This document shows, piece after piece, positions 13,927 through 25,650 of a stretch of DNA of 64,000 bases. Position 1 is the first letter of the stretch. Each line of letters starts with the position of its first letter. The position numbers and the translations under genes were made by a program. The DNA comes from Flaccisagitta enflata (Eukaryota): NCBI GenBank assembly GCA_965153355.1, contig OZ231126.1:1736001-1800000 (forward strand). Direction: 5' to 3'. The notes under the pieces are model-generated. The model was not told where the DNA came from. It ran no database searches and saw nothing but the letters and a program-made list of their open reading frames with translations.

Positions 13927-14571
13927 TAGCTTGTACCTAAATGACTAAAAGCAATAAAATCAGAATTCTACAAGTAGTTCTTGTTGTGGGGCTGTCTTGG
14001 GCTTCTAATGGTATCAATTTTGGTTTGAAAAATTTGCATCTTGCTGTCCGCGCCTTACCTTGAATTTTCCTTCAGCCTATGGGAAACCAAAAATTTCAAA
14101 GTGCTTAAATCTCTGTTTTGACTGCAGATTTGAAATCTGCAGAAAAACCTGTTAATTGAAAGTGCTTTCCTTTTTGCAATCTTCCTTTGGGATCATAATC
14201 AAAATTCATCTTAAAGATATAAAAAAAAGGTAAGTTCGGCAATTTTACATATAAATAAAAGAGAAAGGTATGTTTTGCTAACTTTGACACTTATTTTGAG
14301 CACCTTCCAGTTGGAATATTGAAAAACGGAAAGCACTTTCGATTTATAGTTTTTTCTGCAGATTTCAAATCTGCAGTCAAAACAGAGATTTAAGCACTTT
14401 GAAATTTTTGGTTTCCCATAGGCTAAAGGAAAATTCAAGGTAAGGCGCGGACAGCAAGATGCAATTTTTTCAGACCAAAAGTGATGTCATTGGGAGCCCA
14501 AGATAGCCCCACAATAAGAACTACTTGTGGAGTTCTGATTTTATTGTTCATTGTCATTTCAGTACAAGCTA
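13927..14571. mobile_element. Palindromic hAT-type MITE
   Basis: TAGCTTGTAC...GTACAAGCTA with ~250 bp inverted arms; 8-bp TSD GTATGCAG. Confidence 0.9.
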
Positions 14572-15536
14572 GTATGCAGTATGAAGGTCAAAATGCAGCT
14601 TCAATTTCAGTGGCATATTAGACATTTTTTTACAAATTTCAATACTTCTTGCCTTTGGAAGGACCAATCTGCATTAAATTGGTGACCAAATTAAAGCGCT
14701 TTTGCTGCTCTTGCTAACAGTAAAAGAAATTTCAATTCATTAACCTCTTATTGACCGTAAAAGTAGGTGTAAAAAAGTTTATTTTTTTCTCAAGAATTGG
14801 TCAATTTTGGATGAAAAACTAGGCCACCCATGAAGAAAGACCTAAAATCCATGAAGAAATAGTCGCAAAAGCGTTAGATGGTCAGCGGTACCCGTGCCCT
14901 GCTTAAGTAGGTTGTGGTTGAAGTTGAGGGGGGAGCAGGGCAGTGGCCCCAAAGGGATGGATGACCTATGCTTTCACACATATTGGGAATTTTCTCCTCC
15001 TCCTCCTCCTTCTCCTCTGCACCTCCCCTGCCCCCAGCCTCCAGGCCCATATCTCAGCCAGGAGGCTCATATCTACAGACCGACCGAACCTCCGGTTTGA
15101 ACTGTTTTTACTGTACGGATCACTCTCCCAGCTCCGTCACTGAATCCGGAGTCGTTAGTTATCAGTAGGTCACCGAATTCAGTAGGTCAACAAACCGAAG
15201 TTTGATGTTTTGTTTACTTTTCCTATTGAACGTGCAAATTGGGACTCCAGAATTGCCCTCTAACACGAAAGATGATTCCACAACAAAACATGCATCTGCT
15301 TTTCCTTTTCCTAACGAATTTACATTGCTCATGCTTCCTTTACAAATGAGATCAACCCCCTCTTTCCTCATCAAAAGAAGGAAAGATCGCCGATCGCGAT
15401 CGAGACTTGATGCTTCCCTTGCAACTAAATCCTTGACAATGTTGGTGTAAATCAATTCTCTTTAAAAAAAAATTCTTTGGTGTTGTTTTTTGATCTCAGG
15501 CTGTCCATGCCGTCTGTCCCTGTGTGTGTCAGAGAG

Positions 15537-15563
15537 AGTGTGTGTGTGTGTGTGTGTGTGTGC

Positions 15564-15650
<87 letters not shown>

Positions 15651-15690
15651 ATGTGTGTGTGTGTGTGTGCGTGTGTGTGTGTGTGTGCAT
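15537..15690. repeat. (GT)n microsatellite
   Basis: Direct dinucleotide repeat. Confidence 0.95.
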
Positions 15691-15844
15691 ATTTAGGGAT
15701 CGTCTGAAGGTTAACTTCGGCTTCGACCTTCGGGTCAGGACACTGCCCTGATAATCAAAATTAACATTATTTTTCTTTTAAAAGCAAAATACTTCATTTA
15801 TGCAAGAAAGTGAGAGAGAGAAAGAGACAAACAGAAGGCAGAGG

Positions 15845-15887
<43 letters not shown>

Positions 15888-15982
15888 TGAGAGAGAGAGA
15901 GGGAGAGAGAGAGAAGAAAGGAAAAGAAGATAAAAGAGATATATATGCAAAAAAACTGTGAAAAAAATAATAAAAAAAGATA

Positions 15983-16542
15983 CAGTATGATCCATCTCGA
16001 CTGTAACATTTCATGACGGCATTGATCAAAAACTAAAAGAGACAGTTCAATTCTGAAAAAAACATATGAAAAGTAATTGCTTGGCATTCTATGATAAACT
16101 ATTCCTCAGACTTTTCTATCAAATTTTGATACTTTTTACACATAGAAGACTTTTAAGCAAATTATGCTAAAAAAGGTCATTTTTCTCTCTTTTTTCATAA
16201 AAACTGTATCCAATTACAATTTTTTCACTTCTACCTAAAACTACATCAATGTATTTCATATTTGAGACCTATCTGATATCAAAAAGTGAAATTTTTTTAA
16301 AAATTAAAGCAATTCCAAGAAAAATTTTTTTTGACAAAGTCACAAAAATGCTTGTTTTGCCAAGAATGATTATCGGTTCATTTAGAATTTAGGGGTTTGG
16401 TTTGTCTAAAAAAATCCTAGGCATCAATCATCATAAAATGCCAAATTATTACCTAACTGAAACTTTTTTCAGAATTAGATTATCTTTATTACTTTTTGAG
16501 CAATGCCGTCATGAAATGTTACAGTCGAGATGAATCATACTG
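15983..16542. mobile_element. Tc1/mariner-type MITE
   Basis: TA|CAGTATGATCCATCTCGACTGTAACATTTCATGACGGCATTG ... CAATGCCGTCATGAAATGTTACAGTCGAGATGAATCATACTG|TA. Confidence 0.9.
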
Positions 16543-16550
16543 TATCATAA

Positions 16551-17151
16551 CACCTCTCACATAATTAGGCGAACTGGAAGAATGATCAAAATTGATAGAA
16601 ATATGGCATTCAGTGGGCTAAAATCTAACATAAAGAAAGCTAAAATATAGTACTTTCACAAACCGGGGCAAAGTTTTGAACCTCGGAAAATGCGTGGCTT
16701 TCGGGAAGTGATTTGGTAAAAATGCAGTTAAAGATTTTGACTGATTTTGACATGGAAATTTTTGATGATGAAAGAACATAAACCTCCTTAAATTTTACCG
16801 TTAAAAATGCAAGAAAACATCAAATCTCGGGTTCTTATATCACTGACATACAAAAATGAGTCAACTGTACCAAGAAACAGTCAGGGACAGCCGTGAAAAG
16901 TCACAAAACCCCTTGTCAAATAGAAAGGTTTTAGCACAAAATTTGGAGCTGAAGAAAACCTAAACTTTGCTTGATATCATTTGGTGATGCTATTTGCAAC
17001 TCTTGGTTGACGTAATTTGGACTTTTTTTGTAGAACCCTCATGGAAATAACATGTTTTAATATTTTCCTTAACCTGGACTCCTGTCTTGGACTTTAAAAA
17101 CACAATTATAGACAAGTTCTGACCCCAGTTTGCCTAATTTTGTGAGAGGTG
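16551..17151. mobile_element. piggyBac-like MITE (degenerate TTAA flanks)
   Basis: TIRs CACCTCTCACATAATTAGGCGAACTGG and CCAGTTTGCCTAATTTTGTGAGAGGTG; flanks ATAA and CTAA; related to 49994-50598. Confidence 0.6.
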
Positions 17152-17501
17152 CTAAAAACAGGTACAAATATAAATAATTACATAAAAAAAATTATAAGAT
17201 AAAATCCTATGCTTATTATTTTTTCTTCATAGGTTGATTTGAAATAAAGAAATGTATATTAAAATTTTTTTTAAAAATTAATGTTAGTGAACAATATTTC
17301 ATTGTATCTCCTGTTACAATTAAAAGAAGGTTAACAAATAGATTTTGTATAAGATTTGATTTGATTTTTTTTTTCTTTAACTTAACCTATCAATGTAGTT
17401 TTTTTTTTTTTTTTTTTTTTTGATCATTAATATCTATACCTATTTTTATAAAATTCTTTTTGTTTCTTTTACTGTTTTTTCTCCATATCTTTTTTGTTTC
17501 T

Positions 17502-17591
<90 letters not shown>

Positions 17592-18437
17592 CTTTTGCAT
17601 AAAAGAAAACATTTTTTTAACATTTTTTATTCAATATAATCAAAAAAGCTGGATATACAAAGTGGTACTCTAGTCACTTACAGATAGGCAAGGGCAATGA
17701 TAGGGAAAGGTACTGTGGCATTTAAGTTGGAGCAGTGAGCTTAAAATGCTTAAAAAACGCTAATCAAGGAAAATGGGGACCAATTGACAGATAAAGCGAG
17801 GTAGCGTTACGTAAAACTAAAAAATAATAACTTCGGTTTCTGACTTCGGTAAACTTCGGTTTCGGTTTCGGTCAGTTAGTCACTGTCAACTTCGGCTTCG
17901 GTTCGGCTTCGGTTTACCTACCTTCGGTCGACCTCTACTCATATCCAAGCCTCAAGGCCCAAGTCCCAGTCTTGAGGCCCAAATCCCTAAAGAGTGGAAT
18001 CTGCCTTGGGATTGGGATTTGGGCCTTGAGGGTGGGATTTGGGCCTCAAGTCTGGGATTTGGGCCTCAAGGCTTGGATATGGGCCTCCAGGCTGAGAAAT
18101 GGGCCTGGAGGCTGAGGGGAGGGGGGGTACGGAGAAGAAGGAGGAGAAGGAGGGGAAAATTCTCCATATGTGTGAAAGCATAGGTCATCGACCCCTTCGG
18201 GATCGCTGCCCAAGTAAAGTACTGCTCAAGAGCTAACCATAGGCGCAATATGCATTTTTTTATCTGTATTTGTTAAGATTCAAAAACATTTCAAAGATGA
18301 AAGGGTATGAAGGTCAATATGCAGTTTCAAGTTCTGTGACAATTTTGACATCTTTTTCAATTATCAATACTTCTTGGCTTTGGATGGGCCAATCTGTATA
18401 TAACCAGTGAACTAATAAAAGTGTTTTTCATGCTTTA

Positions 18438-19054
18438 CACACGCACATTGAATACAACGTGAAGATTACGGCAAAGGTATAGCACCCCCCCCCCCCTTGT
18501 AGCTCATGTCGCCTTAGCCATATGGTCGTGTATGGTATCATTCAATAAGTTATCTCAATACAATTTACGCCACCAAGGCGAATTTTGAATTTCGCCTCCG
18601 TTTAAGACTCTAAAAGGCGTTTTTTTTATCCTTCAAGGGGGTGTCCGCCGTCAATGTTTAGGTTAAAATTTTTCAAGAACGGGAGTGAAATTGAACAAGG
18701 CCGGATACACGGCTACCGAACTCGCGTGCGGGTGGGCAGGGGCCATATTTGAGGTCACCAAATCATTTGGGCAGGAGCAGTGAGGTCAAAGAAATAAAAT
18801 CATAAAAAAAGTAAAGTGTGACCGACAGACCAACCGACCAACCGACCAACCGACCAACCGACCAACGGACAGAGCGGGTTGTAGAGTCGCGTGCACGCAA
18901 CTAAAATCGCCTCTTGGGCGTAAATTGTACAGTGACAAGCTACAGAAAGATACCCCATAGGACCCTGTGGTGAATTTGTCATAAGCTGAAGGTAGGGGTG
19001 CTAACCTTTTTTTAAGGTTTTTGTAATCTTCACGTTGTATTACGCGTGGAAGTG
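18438..19054. mobile_element. TA-flanked MITE with nested HINE
   Basis: TA|CAC...AATACAACGTGAAGATTAC and GTAATCTTCACGTTGTATT...GTG|TA. Confidence 0.7.
18694..18906 (-). mobile_element. Short HINE family A
   Basis: AACAAGGCCGGATACACGGC...(ACCGACCA)n...AGAGTCGCGTGCACGCAACTAAAA. Confidence 0.8.
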
Positions 19055-19059
19055 TAGAT

Positions 19060-19916
<857 letters not shown>

Positions 19917-20603
19917 TTCCAGGGATAGGCTGAAAGGTGATCAATAAACATTACAAAGAATTGAAGACTTCGTCAGAATGTGTTGAGTTTGACTGAGTAG
20001 CTTTCCATGCCAGACAATCAGTTCCCCAAGTATCATGGCAGCATTTGCCCATTTAGTCCAAATGGACATCACTAGGGTCCAAATCAGACCATTGAAATGA
20101 TGGTAGTCATAAAGTTTTACAGAAGTTAGTGAAACAATGGCTTTGGAGTATGTCAAAGTCGTTGATTTTAGCGACTTTATGACCACTGATAACAAAGGAA
20201 ATTGGAAGTCGTTGAAATTAACGATTTTTACAACAAATGATTTCAACCATCTTTTTCCACATTTAGAGACAAGGGGTATTCCAATTTTTATCTTCCCAAT
20301 GCTTATTAGCCCAAGGGGCATATTTGACCAACAAATAAAGAAAATCGAAGAGGACGTACTTTGAGAAATGTAAAAAAAACATGTTTTTTCAGTTTTTACA
20401 TATATAAGGGTGCCATACAACCGCTAAAGTCGGCGATTTTAACAACACCAAAATGGGCAGTCGTCGATATTAGCGATTTCAATTAAACCAAGCTGTCTAA
20501 GCCAGCGTTTACGGACTTCTGCTCAAAGACGACACATAATCAAAAACATATCTCAAACATTATTGTGTTGAGTGTCGAAATGACTTCGTTTTAAAAAATA
20601 AAA

Positions 20604-20886
20604 AAACAAGGCCAAGTAGGCCAACGATGCGTCCTCTTTTAATGAACGTTCTTTATGAATGAATGTTTTTTATGAATGAATGTTTTTTTATTAATGAATG
20701 TCATTTGTGAATGAATGAATTAATGATTTAATGAATGAATTCCAAGATGTATGCTTCTTTTACTGGGTCAGAACCACTTTTCTGTTGAAAAAATGCTTGA
20801 TTTTGATGTTTTTAATGAATGCGTTACCAACCGACAGACCAACGGACACAGCCTATTATAGAGCTGCGAGGACGCATCTAAAAAAC
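20604..20886 (-). mobile_element. Short HINE family B (AGATGCGTCCTCGCATCT subTIR)
   Basis: AAACAAGGCCAAGTAGGCC-AACGATGCGTCCTC...(TGAA)n...TGCGAGGACGCATCTAAAA; other copies at 22794 and 44753. Confidence 0.75.
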
Positions 20887-21250
20887 TTGATCTCGCGCAC
20901 ATGCTCGATCTCAATCTAATCTTCGATAGTATCTCGTAAAAAGTTCCAAAGTCCTTTTTAATCGTGCTTTTGTGACTCTTGTGACAAGAGGCTTTGTCTG
21001 TAAGTTGGTCCATCAGCTCATTGGTCCACTGGTCCTTCTGTCGGTCCATCTGTTGGTCTGTAATGATTGAGTCGAAGTGCAAAATCTAGCTTTCCCCCTC
21101 TTGCAATGGGGTTGGTTTGGGTTTAGGGGTTGGTTTGGGCTCTACTGGCGTTGACATTTTGATGATTGTAGCCTTCTCTTCTTGTTTTCCAGAAAAAAAA
21201 TGTTTGCACGTGTTGCATGTGTTTGAGTGTGTGGAGGGGAGTGTGGAGAG

Positions 21251-22683
21251 GTCATTCTTGGGCATTTTTGGTCATTTTTGGTCATTTTGGTCATCTTGGT
21301 CGATTTGATCATTTTTGGTCATTTTTGGTCATTTTTGGTCATTTTTGGTCATTTGGGTCATTTTTGGTCATTTTCGGTCATTTTCGGTCATTTTCGGTCA
21401 TTTTTAATCATTTTGATCATTTTGATCATTTTTGTTCATTTTTGGTTATTTCTGGTCATTTTGGTCATTTTGGTCATTTTGGTCATTTTTGATCATTTTT
21501 GGTCATTTTTGGTCATTTTTGGTCATTTTTGGTCGTTTTCGGTCGTTTTTGGTTATTTTGGTCATTTTTGGTCGTTTTTGGTCATTTTGGTCATTTTTGG
21601 TCATCTTTGGTCATCTTTGGTCATCTTTGGTCATAAAGTCTGCTGGTTAAAGTCTGCTGGGTAAAGTCAGATGGTTTAAGTCTGCTGGTTTAAATCTGCT
21701 GGTTTAAATCTGCTGGTTTAAATCTGCTGGTTTAAATTTAATAGGTTAAGTCTGCTGGTTAAAGTGTGCTGGTTTAAATCTAATGGTTTAAGTCTGCTGG
21801 TCAAATGGTTTAAGTCTGCTGGTTTAAGTCTGCTGGTTAAAATGATATTAAAAATAAGTATGGTTTAAGTCTGGTTTAAGTCTGGTTCAAGTCTGGTTGA
21901 AGTCTGGTTTAAGCATGGTTTTAGTCTGGTTAAGTCTGGTTTAAGATTGGTTTAAGACTGGTTCATGTCTGATTTATGTCTGGTTTAGGTCTGGGTTAGG
22001 TCTGGTTTAGGTCTGGTGTATGTCTGGTTTTTGTCTGGTTTATGTTTGATTTAGGTCTGATTTATGTCTGGTTTTTGTCTGGTTTATGTTTGATTTAGGT
22101 CTGATTTAGGTCTGGTTTTGGTCTGGTTTTGGTCTGGTTTTGGTTTGATTTCATTCTGGTTTTAGTCTGGTTTGAGTCTGTCTTGAGTCTGGTTTGATTC
22201 TGGTTTGAGCCTAGTTTGAGCCTGGTTTGAGCCTGGTTTGAGCCTGGTTTGAGCCTGGTTTGAGCCTGGTTTAAGTCTGGTTTGAGTCTGCTTTGAGTCT
22301 GGTTTGAGTCTGGTTTGAGTCTGGTTTGAGTCTGGTTTGAGTCTGGTTTGAGTCTGGTTTGAGTCTGGTTTGAGTCTGGTTTATGTCTGGTTTATGTCTG
22401 GTTTATGTCTGATTGAGTCTGGCTTAAATCTGGTTTATGTCTGGTTTATGTCTGGTTTATGTCTGATTTAGGTCTGTTTTCGGTCTGGTTTAATTCTGGT
22501 TTGAGTCTGGTTTGAGTCTGGTTTGAGTCTGGTTTGAGTCTTGTTTGAGTCTGGTTTGAGTCTGGTTTGGGTCTGTTTTGGGTTGCGTTTAAGTCTGATT
22601 TTCGATTAAAAGATACAATAAGGAGTCAGGTCAGTTCAGTTATTTTTGTCCTGCACGCGACTTATAGGTGTTGGCCTTGTTTT
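21251..22683 (+). mobile_element. 5'-truncated copy of the large satellite HINE
   Basis: Matches 9460-10988, including idiosyncratic repeat variants and the 3' terminus. Confidence 0.85.
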
Positions 22684-22793
22684 CCTCTAAGCCAGCGTTT
22701 ACGGACTTCTGCTCAAAGACGACACATAATCAAAAACATATCTCACACATTATTGTGTTGAGTGTCGAAATGACTTCGTTTTAAAAAATAAAA

Positions 22794-23075
22794 AAACAAG
22801 GCCAAGTAGGCCAACGATGCGTCCTCTTTTAATGAACGTTCTTTATGAATGAATGTTTTTTATGAATGAATGTTTTTTTATTAATGAATGTCATTTGTGA
22901 ATGAAAGAATTAATGATTTAATGAATGAATTCCAAGATGTATGCTTCTTTTACTGGGTCAGAACCACTTTTCTGTTGAAAAAATGCTTGTTTTTGATGTT
23001 TTTAATGAATGCGTTACCAACCGACAGACCGACGGACACAGCCTATTATAGAGATGCGAGGACGCATCTAAAAAA
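22794..23075 (-). mobile_element. Short HINE family B (duplicate of 20604-20886)
   Basis: Near-identical sequence ending AGATGCGAGGACGCATCTAAAAAA. Confidence 0.75.
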
Positions 23076-23610
23076 CTCGATCTCGCGCACATGCTCGATC
23101 TCAATCTAATCTTCGATAGTATCTCGTAAAAAGTTCCAAAGTCCTTTTTAATCGTGCTTTTGTGACTCTTGTGACAAGAGGCTTTGTCTGTCAGTTGGTC
23201 CATCAGCTCATTGGTCCACTGGTCCTTCTGTCGGTCCATCTGTTGGTCTGTAATGATTGAGTCGAAGTGCAAAATCTAGCTTTCCCCCTCTTGCAATGGG
23301 GTTGGTTTGGGTTTAGGGGTTGGTTTGGGCTCTACTGGCGTTGACATTTTGATGATTGTAGCCTTCTCTTCTTGTTTTCCAGAAAAAAAATGTTTGCACG
23401 TGTTGCATGTGTTTGAGTGTGTGGAGAGGAGTGTGGAGAGGGGAGAGAGGTTGTACGGCTCATCCTACCCATCCGCAACACCACAGTCACCCAACGTTAT
23501 TTGTTATTTCTCTGTTTATCTGAGTACGTGTGTCTCTTGACTTTGTTTGTTTGTTTGTTTGTTTCTGTCCGTTTGTTTCTGGTAGAGTTACTCTATTGCA
23601 CTTCCCGTGA

Positions 23611-23701
<91 letters not shown>

Positions 23702-23879
23702 GTCCTGTCAATAGACTGACTTATTCATCCGGCGACCAATCTTTTACAGCTAAGCACCCCATTCTTAACTTAACCCACTCTCCCTCAGATTCACCCCCAC
23801 CCTTAATCTTTCCCCACCTATATCCACTGTTCATGTCGGCGAAAGAAAAAGTTTGATGCGATGTCCTTAATCCTGATAT

Positions 23880-25650
23880 TGATATCGTATGTATTCACAC
23901 ATCAAAATAATGTGTAGCACAAAAACAAAGAGCAAATGGTAAAAAAGCAAATAGCAAATCGTTACAGGTAAATCAAATCACAGGAGGGAGAGTGTATGAA
24001 TGAGGGGAGAGTCCGGGCAAATGATACATTTGAGAGAAAATTTCTCTTTGCGACGTTCAAGCAATTCCTCCCAAGTGAGTCGGTGCAGCGCATGCTGGAG
24101 CTCGGTGACGCTCTCGTTGTACGAGTAACGGAACAAGCTTTGAAAGATGCTGTTATATGCGACGCGTAGTTGTCGACGGTTGTCACGATTTGCAACGTGG
24201 ATGATCTCAACACCGTAGGTTAAGATCGTTAAGCAGTGAGCCTCTTAGAGTTGGAGAAGAACCATCTCATCAGGACGCCCATCGATGCAAATGATTGAGT
24301 TTAGGGCACGATAGAAAGAGCAGAGCTTTTCTTTAGTGCAGCAGGAAAACTTGACACCGCTCTTCAAAGTCACGCCGAGGTAATTCCATGAATCAACCCA
24401 TGGAATCAAAGTGCCGTTGATGCAGACTTCGAATGTTGGAGGGCCACCTTTCCCAAAGTAAAGATTTTTTGTTTTTTTTTGGGATTGAGCATTATATCAC
24501 ATTCACGACAGTAGTCACTGCACAGATGAAGGATACTTTGAAGGTCTTTTACGGATGGGGCTAGTACAGCCATGTCGTCGGCATAGAAGAGCGTGGCAGC
24601 AAATATGCCACGGACGTGGCAACAAAAGCCGGCTTTTTTGAGAATATTGATGAGTTTGTCGACGTATATGCCGTAGAAGTCGGGCAACAAAACTCCTCCT
24701 TGACGGACTCCTGCTGACACATGAAACCATTCGATGTAGACGTCGTTCCAGCGGACACGGCAGAAAAGTCCATCATGCCACGTGATGATAATATCTATGA
24801 ATATCTTTGGTACATGGCAATCGAGTAATTTGATGAATAGACCCGAGTGAACGAGGCGATGAAATGCTTTACTCGCATCTAAGTACGAGCAAAAGACGCG
24901 ACTTCCATTCTCGATGAAGTAATTGATTGTCTCTTTCAAACAAAATAAGGCATGACTTGTGGATTTCTTCCGTTTAAATCCGAATTGGTAGTTGGAAGTA
25001 ACCAAGTGTTCAGAAAAGACGGATTTCAGCACATGCTCAAATATCTTTGAGACACTTGGAGAGATGGTAATGCCTCGATAATTACCGACATCACCATGGT
25101 TCCCTTGATTATCTTTGATAATGGGAACAATGAAGCCAAAACGAAATTGTTTTGGAATGAAAGAATGATTAAGCATTCCATTGAAGAGGCGGGTGAGGCG
25201 ATGCAGCATAGGGAGTGGCGCGTTGAGAAAGTGCTCTGCACATAGACCATCGTCATCAGCACATTTGCCTGATTTAAGCCCACTGATAGCATCAAATACA
25301 TGTTCAAACGTGATCCTGTACTTGGAACAATCGCATGTGTCATTATGAACTGAGCAGAGATCATTATATTTTTTCTTGAACAAACTGTTCAATTCAGCAA
25401 CCTTGACAGGATTGTTGGGTTCTGAGTTGCGTTGGAATGCTCTTTTGAACGAATCAGCTATTGCGTTGTTAGAGGTGCAGCCGTCAACAATAGGAGAGAA
25501 ACCATTGTTGTTTTTATTGTGGAGACATTTCCATGAACGCCAGAATTTGTTGGTGTCGCAAGACTCCAAAGCGTCGTGGAGGTTATTCCAGCATCCTTGA
25601 TTGGCTGTATGTTTACGGCTCGTAGTTTCAACTATCCGTCCATTTATATT
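23880..25650 (-). mobile_element. 5'-truncated, decayed LINE (non-LTR retrotransposon)
   Basis: ORF2 RT region followed by a C-terminal remnant and a T-rich 3' UTR; boundaries approximate. Confidence 0.85.
23979..25640 (-). pseudogene. LINE ORF2 reverse transcriptase pseudogene
   Basis: Motifs NYRGITI, QFGF, LDASKAF, GVRQGG and FYADD. Frameshift near 24470 in an A-run, then IPWVDSWNYLGV...LTYGVE with an internal stop, ending at about 23979. Confidence 0.9.

Larger units (their letters stand above)
15074..17937. mobile_element. Non-autonomous hAT element with nested MITEs and microsatellites
   Basis: TIRs TACAGACCGACCGAA and TTCGGTCGACCTCTA; 8-bp TSD CTCATATC; subterminal TTCGG repeats. Confidence 0.8.
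14858..18214 (-). mobile_element. Family D repeat split by a 2.9 kb hAT insertion
   Basis: 14858-15073 joined to 17946-18214 reconstitutes a copy homologous to 6361-6820. Confidence 0.7.
21251..23441 (+). repeat. Tandem segmental duplicate of 9460-10996 + 20501-21250 (lacks the 9.5 kb insertion)
   Basis: 20496-21250 and 22686-23440 differ by only about 8 substitutions counted by eye. Confidence 0.9.
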
